Source: Planctomycetota bacterium
GTDB lineage: Bacteria; Planctomycetota; B15-G4
Assembly: GCA_038212275.1 (NCBI GenBank)
Contig: JBBQUR010000012.1
Coordinates: 93,115 to 157,114, forward strand
DNA length: 64,000 nt
Direction of reading: 5' to 3'
The position numbers were made by a program, and so were the translations under genes. The first letter of the stretch is position 1. Each line of letters begins with the position of its first letter. The notes below the pieces were generated by a model. That model was not told the DNA's origin, made no database searches, and saw nothing but the letters and a program-made list of their open reading frames with translations. Below are positions 10,207-18,341 of the stretch, piece after piece.

Positions 10207-10520
10207 TGGCTCCCGGAGCGCGCAGCATCCGCGGCGCGATGGGCGCCTATGCGGCGGCAGGCGTCGTCGCCGTGGCGCTGCTGGCGCTCGTCCTGTGGAT
10301 CGGCGGGCCGGAGCCGGAGCGCAGTTTCGTCGCGCTGCCCGGGGACTCGCCGTGGGCCTCCGCCGCGCTTGACGATGGCCGCAGCCTGCGCACGGTGCTG
10401 CGCGGCCAGCGCATCGAGGCGCCGCCAGCGCACTACCGGGTGACCTTGCTCGACGCGGAGGGCCGCAGCGAAGAGCGCGCACTGGAGGTCAACGGGCCGC
10501 TGACCACGCTCCTGCCTTGA
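10206..10520 (+). CDS. small single-pass membrane protein
   Basis: ATG at 10206 overlaps upstream TGA (TGATG); MAPGARSIRGAMGAYAAAGVVAVALLALVLWIGG hydrophobic helix; last gene of co-directional run. Confidence 0.5.
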   Translation: MAPGARSIRGAMGAYAAAGVVAVALLALVLWIGGPEPERSFVALPGDSPWASAALDDGRSLRTVLRGQRIEAPPAHYRVTLLDAEGRSEERALEVNGPLTTLLP

Positions 10521-10568
10521 TCGCGCGCTCGTGCAGACCGCGTTCTCGCCCCGACCACGCCTTCGCTC

Positions 10569-10652
10569 AGGCCAACCACGCAGGCGCTCAGGCCAACCGC
10601 GCAGGCGCTCCGACCAACCGCGCAGGCGCTCAGCTCAACCACGCAGGCGCGT
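10569..10652. repeat. 21-bp x4 direct tandem repeat (caggccaaccacgcaggcgct consensus) in convergent intergenic gap
   Basis: Units at 10569-10589, 10590-10610, 10611-10631, 10632-10652 with 1-3 mismatches each; lies between stop of 10206..10520(+) and stop of 10677..12608(-). Confidence 0.8.
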
Positions 10653-10676
10653 TGACCTCGCGGTCGGGCGGAACGC

Positions 10677-12608
10677 TCAGCGCGGCTGCGCGGAACGCTC
10701 CGCCAGCGTCAGCGCGACGGGCAGGTCCTGCTCGGGGCTTAGGGTCACGTGCGCGCGCCCCTCGAACTGGAGCGCCTCCCACAGGTTGCCCGGAGTCGCC
10801 ACGACGTCGTACTCGCCGGGCGGCAGCGCCAGCATGCGGAAAGCGCCCTCGCCGTCGGTGACGGTCTGCTGCTGGTGCATGGCCGAGGTGACGCCGATGC
10901 GCACGCCGGCACGCGGCCGTCCGTCGGGGCCGATCACGTTGCCGGACAGCGTGCAGCCGAGCGGGAGCGTGAGCGCGCCGACGTCCGTGTCCACCTCGTC
11001 GGTCACACGCACGTCCCGGACATGCAGCGGCGGCGCGTCGGCAGGGCGGGCCGACAGCGTGTAGGTACCCGGCGGCACGTGCTGCAGCAGGAAGCTGCCG
11101 TCGGCGCCGGTGAGCACCATGAGCCCGTGCACGGGCGCCGTCGGAAAGGTGGACTCGAGCGACAGCGAGGGGTCGTAGTCGGCTTCGCGAAGCTCGATGC
11201 GCGTGCCGGCCTGGGCCGGCTGCACGCGGCCCTTCACGCTGCCGCCGCGCAGCAGATACACCTCGAGGCGGGCGACGGGCACGTCGGCGCCGAGGATCAC
11301 GTCCGAGCTGGTCGTGACGGCGAAGCCTTCGGCGTAAATCTCGAAGCGATAGCTGCCGGGGCGCAGACCGTCGAACACGAACGAGCCCGGCGGGCTCGTC
11401 TCGCGGAAGGCTCGGTCCATCGGGCCCGTGCCGAGCAGTCCCGCGCCGGAACGGCCGTCCGGGCGGAGGCGCACGCTGAACTCGGCCGGCGGAGTCGTCG
11501 CGCAGCGCAGCTGGCCATCGACGGCGAGCGCGGGCTGCACGCGCACCGTGTGCTCGTCGCCGTCGGCAGGCAGTTGCAGCGTGTGATCCAGGTACACGAG
11601 CGGCGACTGCACCTCGATGTCGTACAGGCCGCTGGCCATGTCGGACATCGCGAAGCGCCCATCGGCGCCCGTGGTCGTCGTCTGCAGGCGGTAGGTGTTC
11701 TGCGCGCGCTGCCGCTGCGAGACGCGCAACGTGAGCCCGGCCACCGGCTTTTCGAAGCTGTCGAGGACGAGTCCGCGGAGCGACGCGTCCGCCTTTTCGA
11801 GTCGGAAGTCCTGCCGCCAGCGGCCATCGGACGTGCCGAGCACCATCGAGAGCACCAGGGTCACCGGAGCGTAAGCGTCGGCGTCGGCCACGACCTCGTA
11901 CTGGCGCAGCGCGAGGTGCGCGAAGGTGTAGTTGCCCTCCGCGTCCGTGAGCGCCGAGAGCGGAACGGCAGGCGTCGCACCGCGTTGCTCGCGCTGCAGG
12001 TCCGTGAGCTTGACGACGGCGCCCTCGATCGGCTTTCCGGCGTCGTCCGTCACCGTGCCCAGCAGCAGCAGGCCGTCTTCCAGCAGGATGTCTCCGAGGT
12101 CGCGCAGCTCGCCCGCGCCGATGGTGAACGGCTCGCGCAGCACGGGCGCATGGTCGGCGTGCTCGACTTCGATGCCGAGCTCGGAGGTCACCGGCAGCGT
12201 CGCGAACAGAAAGCGGCCGTCCGTGCCCGAGGTGATGGCGGCGCCCTGGTCCTCGCGCGTGCGATAGGGCTGGCCCGGCCCGCTCAGAAAGGCCGTCACG
12301 CTCGCGCCGGGAATCGGCCTGCCGGTGCGGTCGATGACGCGGCCGGCAGCTTGCGCAAGCGCCGGGCCGCGCGCGGAAAGGACCTGAGGCGTCGCCGGGG
12401 CCGCGGCAGAAGGTGCGCGGCTGTCACCGGGCGACTCAGTGGGCCGCGGCAGCACGGCCGGGCTGGCGGGGCCGGGAGCAGGATCGTTCTGGACGGTGCC
12501 CGGCGTGGTGGGAGCCTGATCTCCGTCCGCACGCAGCATCCACCAGGCGCCGCTCAGCAGCGCGAGCACCAGAGTGCAGATGAGCAGAAGTGAGGCGCGC
12601 GAGTTCAC
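10677..12608 (-). CDS. membrane-anchored protein with multiple CarbopepD_reg-like repeats (paralog of 165..3155)
   Basis: N-terminal anchor MNSRASLLLICTLVLALLSGAWW; repeats GRVIDRTGRPIPGASVTAF, GTVTDDAGKPIEGAVVKL, GLVLDSFEKPVAGLTLRV, GNVIGPDGRPRAGVRIGV. Confidence 0.7.
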   Translation of the reverse strand: MNSRASLLLICTLVLALLSGAWWMLRADGDQAPTTPGTVQNDPAPGPASPAVLPRPTESPGDSRAPSAAAPATPQVLSARGPALAQAAGRVIDRTGRPIPGASVTAFLSGPGQPYRTREDQGAAITSGTDGRFLFATLPVTSELGIEVEHADHAPVLREPFTIGAGELRDLGDILLEDGLLLLGTVTDDAGKPIEGAVVKLTDLQREQRGATPAVPLSALTDAEGNYTFAHLALRQYEVVADADAYAPVTLVLSMVLGTSDGRWRQDFRLEKADASLRGLVLDSFEKPVAGLTLRVSQRQRAQNTYRLQTTTTGADGRFAMSDMASGLYDIEVQSPLVYLDHTLQLPADGDEHTVRVQPALAVDGQLRCATTPPAEFSVRLRPDGRSGAGLLGTGPMDRAFRETSPPGSFVFDGLRPGSYRFEIYAEGFAVTTSSDVILGADVPVARLEVYLLRGGSVKGRVQPAQAGTRIELREADYDPSLSLESTFPTAPVHGLMVLTGADGSFLLQHVPPGTYTLSARPADAPPLHVRDVRVTDEVDTDVGALTLPLGCTLSGNVIGPDGRPRAGVRIGVTSAMHQQQTVTDGEGAFRMLALPPGEYDVVATPGNLWEALQFEGRAHVTLSPEQDLPVALTLAERSAQPR

Positions 12609-12617
12609 CGCGCCAGT

Positions 12618-12830
12618 CTAAGCACCCGCGTCAGCCGACGCACGGCGGCGCACGAACGAGTTCCAGGTGTAGTAGGACTCGGCGTGCTCCCGGCTCATCG
12701 GCTTGCCGAGGCACCGGTCGCGCTCGCAGCGGCGGCGACCTTCGTCGTCCACCACGATGACCTGCAGTTCGCGATCGAGGATCGCGCGCCATTCGTCGTA
12801 GGTCATCTCGATCGAGCAGTCATGGCCCAT
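12618..12830 (-). CDS. small hypothetical protein (70 aa, Cys-containing)
   Basis: ORF with strong GC3 bias immediately upstream of the CarbopepD-repeat gene on the same strand; RRCERDRC motif; no recognisable family. Confidence 0.35.
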   Translation of the reverse strand: MGHDCSIEMTYDEWRAILDRELQVIVVDDEGRRRCERDRCLGKPMSREHAESYYTWNSFVRRRASADAGA

Positions 12831-13131
12831 GAGGGTCCTTATCGGTCGCCAGGGGGTTGTTCTTCACCGGTGCGCGGGGCGAAGTGCCTCGCACCGGACG
12901 TGTCGAGAGGCCGGTCGGAGGCCGGCAAGGCGGCAGCTGGCCACGGTGGCGCGGCCTCGGCGCCGCACGGCGGACGGCCCCGGGGAAGCATTTCGGGCCC
13001 CGGATTGCCTGCATGTCCGCATTGACGCCAGTCGATACGGCGACGAGGCCCGGAGGTCACCGCGGCCGATCCGGCCTCGTGGCCAGTCCTTCTCGACAGC
13101 AGTCGCGCCAGTCATCAGGGAGCCGAACTCC

Positions 13132-14721
13132 ATGCGCCTCCAAGCAAACTCGATCCTTCGACTGCCGACATGTCTCCTGGCAGTTTTCCTCCCGGGATGC
13201 CTTGTCGTGGACGCCTCGCCGTCGTTACAGCGGGCTGCGGACGGCGCGCCGGAGGCCAGCGCTGCGCAGGCCATGAACGGCGCGCCACGGACGCGGGCGG
13301 GCGCCGGATCGTCGACCCTGGCCGGGGGCGCGACGCGGGGCGGCAGCACCGCGGCACCCGACGACGAAGCGCTCTCCAAGGGTGATTCCGACGGGCTTCT
13401 CGCGCTGCAGCTCCTCACGGCGGGCGCGCAGGCCCTGGCACAGGGGCACGCCGAGGAAGCCCTGCTGCTGCTGGAAAAGGCGCCCTCGGGCACCGCGGCC
13501 GACGGCGACCGGCATTTCCTCTGCGGCGTCGCGATGCTGCAGCTCGACCGACTCGACGACTCCGTCGCGGAGCTGCGCGCTTCGGCAGCCATTCAGCCGG
13601 ATGACGTGTCGACGCACTGCGTCCTCGGCCGCGTGCTGCGCAGTGTCGGTGACCTGCCCGGCGCCGCCGCCGAGTTGGAGCTGGCCATCGCGCTCGAGCC
13701 GGGCGACGCACACCTTCACACGCTGCTGGGTCATCTGCTGCTCGAGCAGGAGGACTTCGGCGGCGCCTTCGACGCGCTGCGGGCCGCGGTGGAACTCGAT
13801 GCCGGCGAAGTCGACGCGCATCGAGGCCTGGCGCTCATCTTTGCAGCCAGCGGCGATCCGGAGCACGCGGCGCTTGCCTGGCGCCAGGCGCTCGCGCTGG
13901 CGCCCGACGAGGCCGAGCTGCACGCCGGCCTTGCTTCGACGCTGCGCGCGCAGGGGCTCTACGCCGACGCACTTCCCTCCTGTGTGCGCGCCGCCGAACT
14001 TCAGCCGGAGAACTCCGTCTACGTGGCCAACATCGCCTCCACGTTGACGGTACTCGGCCGGTTCGACGAGGCTCGGGAGGCCTTCGAGCGATCGCTGATT
14101 CTCGGACTGCCTGCGGGCGAGCCGAGCGCGCTGGTTCACGCCAACTTCGCCGACCTGCTCGAACGGCTCGGCGATCTCGATGGCGCCGCCGGCGAATACC
14201 TCGCGGCGCTCGCCGAGGAACCGCGTTTGTCCTCCGCCCGCGAGGCGCTGGGCCTGCTGCAGCTCGATCTCGGCGACACCGTCGCCGCCCGGGAGCAACT
14301 GCAGCGCGCTCTGAACACGGGTGGGCTGACCGCCGAGGGCCTCATGCACCTCGCCCGGTTGCAGGAGCAGTGCGGCGACGCGGAGGGCGCGCGGCTTTGT
14401 GCGCGGATTCTCGCCGATGATGACGGCGGCAGCGACGAGGTGGCCTTTCGCCGCGCGCAGCTGATGGTGTTCTCGGACGACCCGGAGATCCGCGACGCCG
14501 CCACGGCCGTCACCATCCTCCGCCAGTTGCTCGACGGCACGCGCGACGCCAACGGCGCCGTGTGGAACCTGCTCGGCGAGGCGCTGGCGCGGGAGGGCGC
14601 CTTCGCCGGTGCGGTCGAGGCCGTCAGCCGTGCGGTGGAACTGGCGGGACCCGACCATCCCGCTGCAGGGCGCTACCGCACGCTCCGCGAGCAGTATCTG
14701 GCCAACCTCGCGGGGCACTGA
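13132..14721 (+). CDS. TPR-repeat lipoprotein
   Basis: Internal ATG (aa102 of ORF 12829..14721) gives MRLQANSILRLPTCLLAVFLPGC signal with lipobox; multiple 34-aa TPR-like units (AxxxLxxAxxLxP...). Confidence 0.7.
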   Translation: MRLQANSILRLPTCLLAVFLPGCLVVDASPSLQRAADGAPEASAAQAMNGAPRTRAGAGSSTLAGGATRGGSTAAPDDEALSKGDSDGLLALQLLTAGAQALAQGHAEEALLLLEKAPSGTAADGDRHFLCGVAMLQLDRLDDSVAELRASAAIQPDDVSTHCVLGRVLRSVGDLPGAAAELELAIALEPGDAHLHTLLGHLLLEQEDFGGAFDALRAAVELDAGEVDAHRGLALIFAASGDPEHAALAWRQALALAPDEAELHAGLASTLRAQGLYADALPSCVRAAELQPENSVYVANIASTLTVLGRFDEAREAFERSLILGLPAGEPSALVHANFADLLERLGDLDGAAGEYLAALAEEPRLSSAREALGLLQLDLGDTVAAREQLQRALNTGGLTAEGLMHLARLQEQCGDAEGARLCARILADDDGGSDEVAFRRAQLMVFSDDPEIRDAATAVTILRQLLDGTRDANGAVWNLLGEALAREGAFAGAVEAVSRAVELAGPDHPAAGRYRTLREQYLANLAGH

Positions 14722-14772
14722 GCACGGCGCGGACCTGCGGCGCGGCTCGCGCGCTGTCGCTACGATGCGAGC

Positions 14773-14937
14773 ATGTCCACGCCGCGCCTGATCCAGCTTG
14801 TCGGTCTGCTCATCGTCACCGCGGTGATGATCGTGTCGTACCTCGTGTCGAACATGCTGCTGCAGTTCGGCGGGCTTGCTGCGGGCGCGCTGGTCTTCCT
14901 CATCGGGCGTGGCATGGAGAGTCGCGGCGGCAAGTGA
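14773..14937 (+). CDS. small two-helix membrane protein (54 aa)
   Basis: ATG..TGA ORF below the 60-aa track cut-off: MSTPRLIQLVGLLIVTAVMIVSYLVSNMLLQFGGLAAGALVFLIGRGMESRGGK; two hydrophobic helices, high GC3. Confidence 0.4.
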   Translation: MSTPRLIQLVGLLIVTAVMIVSYLVSNMLLQFGGLAAGALVFLIGRGMESRGGK

Positions 14938-14976
14938 GTGGCGCCTGGCCGCATCGCCTCGTCGCCGCACGGCGCT

Positions 14977-15858
14977 TCAGGCGCGCGGGTGGCTGCGGCC
15001 GTAGACATCCTTGAGCCGGCCGATCGAAACGTGCGTGTAGATCTGCGTCGTCGACAGGCTCTCGTGGCCGAGCAGTTCCTGCACCGTGCGCAGGTCTGCG
15101 CCGCGGTCGAGCAGGTGTGTCGCGAAGGAGTGGCGCAGCGTGTGGGGGCTGGTGTCGCCCGGCAAGCCGGCGGCCAGCGCGTGCTGCTTCACGAGACGCG
15201 CGATGCTGCGCGTCGTGAGCCTGCCTCCGTCGCGCGCGTTGACGAACAGCGCGTGCTCGCCCGCGCGCCGGCGGGCCGCGAGCAGGCGCGAGCGCGTCGG
15301 CAGCCATGCCTCCAGCGCGGCGCGCGCGGGGGCGCCCAGCAGTCCCAGCCGCTCCTTGCGACCCTTGCCGAACAGGCGAAGGCTGCCGCCTGGAAGGTCC
15401 ATCGCGTCGAGGTCGAGCCGCGAACATTCCTCCACGCGCATGCCGGTCGAGTACAGCGCCTCGAGGATGGCTCGGTCGCGCACGGCCGTGGGCTCGTCGC
15501 CCGCGGGCGCGGCGAGCAGCGCGACGAGGGCGGATTCGTCGAGCACGCGCGGCAGCGGCGCGGCGCGGCGCGGAGCGCGCAGCGGCACGGTCGGGTCGGA
15601 GCGCGCACGTCCGGTGCTCGCGAGCCAGCCGAAGAAGCCGCGCAGCGCGGCCTGCTTGCGGGCCAGCGTCGCACGGCTGGGGGACGGCAGGCTTGCCAGC
15701 CATTCACGCAGCAGCAGTGTGTCGATGCTGCGGGCGTCGGTGGTGCCGCGCTCGGCCGCGAAGGCAAGCAGCGCGGACACGTCGCTGCGATAGGCTCGCA
15801 GCGTGTGTGCGCTGGCCTGCTGCGTCGTCTGCAAGCCATCGAGCCAGGCGGTGAGCAT
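14977..15858 (-). CDS. tyrosine recombinase XerC/XerD family
   Basis: HTLRHSFATHLLDRGADLRTVQELLGHESLSTTQIYTHV...SHPRA canonical Xer C-terminus; start M76 (MLTAWLDGL) of ORF 14977..16083. Confidence 0.9.
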   Translation of the reverse strand: MLTAWLDGLQTTQQASAHTLRAYRSDVSALLAFAAERGTTDARSIDTLLLREWLASLPSPSRATLARKQAALRGFFGWLASTGRARSDPTVPLRAPRRAAPLPRVLDESALVALLAAPAGDEPTAVRDRAILEALYSTGMRVEECSRLDLDAMDLPGGSLRLFGKGRKERLGLLGAPARAALEAWLPTRSRLLAARRRAGEHALFVNARDGGRLTTRSIARLVKQHALAAGLPGDTSPHTLRHSFATHLLDRGADLRTVQELLGHESLSTTQIYTHVSIGRLKDVYGRSHPRA

Positions 15859-16012
15859 GGGCCGAGGATTCCCTCCGCAGCCGCCCGGCTCAAGTCCCAA
15901 GGCCTCGGGAGCTAGAATCGGCCGCGTGCCCGACCCCGCTCCTCCCGACCCGATCGCCCTGGAACCGGCCGCTGAGTCGTGGTGCGTTTCCGCCGGTTCG
16001 GCCCGGGCCAGC

Positions 16013-17386
16013 ATGGCGGAGCTGGCCGCGGCGCTGCCCGCCGAGCGCTGGCCCTTGCTCCTCGACAGCGGGCCGCGCCGCACCGATCTCGCACAATGGC
16101 ACCTGCTGCTCTTCGATCCGGTCGCGCGTTTTCAGCACCGCGCAGTTCCCGGCGAGAACGGCTTGCAGGCATTGCAGGTGGCACTGGAGCGTTGCTGGCC
16201 GGGTGTGCGCCGCGCCGCCGGAGCTGCGGCGGGCCGTGCAGGCACGGCGGCCCTCGGCAGCGTTCCGGCCTTCACGGGCGGCGCGGCAGGCTGGTTCGGC
16301 TACGACCTTGGTCGAGAACTGGAGCGGGTGCCGGCGCGCTGCCCTCCCGACGCCGACGTCCCGGATCTCTGCGTCGGTCTCTACCCGTTCGCGCTGGCCG
16401 AAGACGTGGGCAGCGGCCGCCGGCTGATCGTGGGGCGCGGCAGCAGCGAGGAGGCGCATCGCTTCCTTGCGGAGGTGACGGCGCTCGTTGCCGCCGCGAC
16501 GCCATTGGTGCCGCTTTTGCCGGCTCCGGCCGCCAGCGGCCTGTCGCCCGAGACCAGCCTGGACCGGCTCGCCTACATGGCCGCCGTGGAGGCTGCGCGC
16601 GAGCACATCCTCGACGGCGACATTTACCAGGTGAACCTGTGCCAGCGGCTGCAGTTCCCATTCGATGGAGACTCCGCGGCGCTGCAACTCGCGTGGCGGA
16701 ACCGGTTTCCGGCGCCGTTCGGCGCGCTCATGAGGATTCCGGGTCTGGCGATCGTGTCGAGTTCGCCGGAGTTGTTCCTGCGCAAGCGGGGCAGTCGCGT
16801 CGAGAGCAGGCCGATCAAGGGCACGGCCCCGCGCTCCGCCGATCCGCGAGTCGACGCCGGGCTGCGGGAGTCGCTGGAGGCCTCCGCGAAGGAGCGCGCC
16901 GAACTGGCCATGATCGTCGATATCGTGCGCAACGACCTCGGTCGCACGGCGGAGATCGGAAGCGTCGCGGTGGAGGGCGGTTTCCGCACGGATTCGTGGA
17001 GCGACGTCCATCATCGCGTCGCGACGGTGAGCGCGCGCGTGCCGGACGAGGTCACGGCGCTGGAGGTGATGGCGACCGCGTTTCCGCCGGCCTCGGTGAC
17101 CGGCGCGCCGAAGCTGGCCGCGCAGGCCGTCATCGAGGAACTCGAGCCGCGACGCCGGCACGTGTACACGGGGGCGATTGGCTGGATCGGTGCCGATGGC
17201 GACATGGACCTCTCCGTCGCCATCCGGATCGCCACGCTCACGGAGGGGCGCCTGCTGGCCAGCTTTGGCGGGGGCATCACGCTGGCATCCGACCCCGCCG
17301 CGGAGTACGAGGAGACACTTCACAAGGCGCGCGCGCTGTGCGATGTGCTCGGCGCGCGCGGCCCATTCACCGGGACCTCCGCATGA
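16013..17386 (+). CDS. pabB: aminodeoxychorismate synthase component I (chorismate-binding enzyme)
   Basis: SRVESRPIKGTAPR ... IVDIVRNDLGR ... YTGAIGWIGADGDMDLSVAIRIATL ... GGGITLASDPAAEYEETLHKA; stop overlaps pabC start (ATGA); alternative upstream ATG at 15857. Confidence 0.85.
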   Translation: MAELAAALPAERWPLLLDSGPRRTDLAQWHLLLFDPVARFQHRAVPGENGLQALQVALERCWPGVRRAAGAAAGRAGTAALGSVPAFTGGAAGWFGYDLGRELERVPARCPPDADVPDLCVGLYPFALAEDVGSGRRLIVGRGSSEEAHRFLAEVTALVAAATPLVPLLPAPAASGLSPETSLDRLAYMAAVEAAREHILDGDIYQVNLCQRLQFPFDGDSAALQLAWRNRFPAPFGALMRIPGLAIVSSSPELFLRKRGSRVESRPIKGTAPRSADPRVDAGLRESLEASAKERAELAMIVDIVRNDLGRTAEIGSVAVEGGFRTDSWSDVHHRVATVSARVPDEVTALEVMATAFPPASVTGAPKLAAQAVIEELEPRRRHVYTGAIGWIGADGDMDLSVAIRIATLTEGRLLASFGGGITLASDPAAEYEETLHKARALCDVLGARGPFTGTSA

Positions 17387-18252
17387 TTTTCGCTCTGGGC
17401 TGGATCGACGGCGACATCAGGCCTGTCGAAGAGCTGGCCGTGTCGGCGCTCGATCGGACGGTGCTGTACGGCCTGGGTGCCTTCGAGACCGTGCGCCTGC
17501 ACGGCGGGCACCCGTTTCTCTTCGACCGGCACCTGGCGCGGTTGCGCAGTTCGCTCGCCGCGGTGGGGCTTCCGGCACCGCCGGCGCTGGAGCTGCTTCC
17601 GCGCGGCGTGGTCGAGCTGGCAGCACGCGCCGACGCGCCGAGTGCGCTGTGCCGCGTGACCGTGACGGCCGGTGCCAGCGTCTCCGAAGCCCACATCCGC
17701 GGCACCGGGATGAGAGTCCTCGTGCAGTTGCGCTCCGTGCCGCCGGTGGCCATCGGTCCGGTGCGCGTGGGAGTGGCGCCGTTCGCGCACGACAGCCGCT
17801 CGCCGCTCGCCGGCGTGAAGTCCACCAGCTACCTGAGCCACTACCTGCAGCGCGAGGCGGCGGAGGCGGACGGCCGCCTCGACGACCTCATGCTGGACAC
17901 GGACGGAAACGTGACGGAAGGCACGGTGTCGAATGCCTTCGGCGTGCGGCGCGGTGAACTCATCACGTCGCCGGTCAGCACGAAGATCCTGCCGGGCGTG
18001 ACGCGCGGCGCAGTGCTGGAGCTGGCGAGGGAGCTTCAGCTGACCATTCACGAGAGCCCGCTGCGCCTGGCCGAACTGGCCGAGCTGGACGAGTTCTTCC
18101 TGACCGGCGCAGGCAAGTGCCTGGTGGGGGTCGACGAGCTCGCCGGGCACCGCCTGCCCGTCGAACGGCCGGTGACGGCGGGCTTGAGGACCGCCCTCAT
18201 CCGGCGCATCGCCACCTTCTGTGGGGTCGCCCCCGAGAGCATTCACATCTGA
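17383..18252 (+). CDS. pabC: aminodeoxychorismate lyase (class IV PLP aminotransferase fold)
   Basis: 289-aa class-IV fold protein (LYGLGAFETVRLHGGHPFLFDRHLARL...) translationally coupled to pabB. Confidence 0.72.
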   Translation: MIFALGWIDGDIRPVEELAVSALDRTVLYGLGAFETVRLHGGHPFLFDRHLARLRSSLAAVGLPAPPALELLPRGVVELAARADAPSALCRVTVTAGASVSEAHIRGTGMRVLVQLRSVPPVAIGPVRVGVAPFAHDSRSPLAGVKSTSYLSHYLQREAAEADGRLDDLMLDTDGNVTEGTVSNAFGVRRGELITSPVSTKILPGVTRGAVLELARELQLTIHESPLRLAELAELDEFFLTGAGKCLVGVDELAGHRLPVERPVTAGLRTALIRRIATFCGVAPESIHI

Positions 18253-18341
18253 GTGCCGGTTCGGTGCGCCACTCCGGCGGGGATGCGTTGCGTCTTCCCG
18301 CAGACCGGACTTACGATGCTCGGGATTCCGAAGAGATCGGC

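Noticed and set aside
10517-10861. 114-aa plus ORF reading through the 21-bp tandem repeat
   Set aside because: Its repetitive AQANHAGAQANRAG translation is just the DNA repeat. It also overlaps the 3' end of the converging CarbopepD gene.
13225-14970. 581-aa minus ORF opposite TPR lipoprotein gene
   Set aside because: Antisense to a gene with lipobox and TPR units.
14977-15858. Xer recombinase as marker of a mobile element/integron
   Set aside because: Canonical chromosomal XerC/D C-terminus. No att-like repeats, cassettes or phage genes nearby. The tRNA is 44 kb away.
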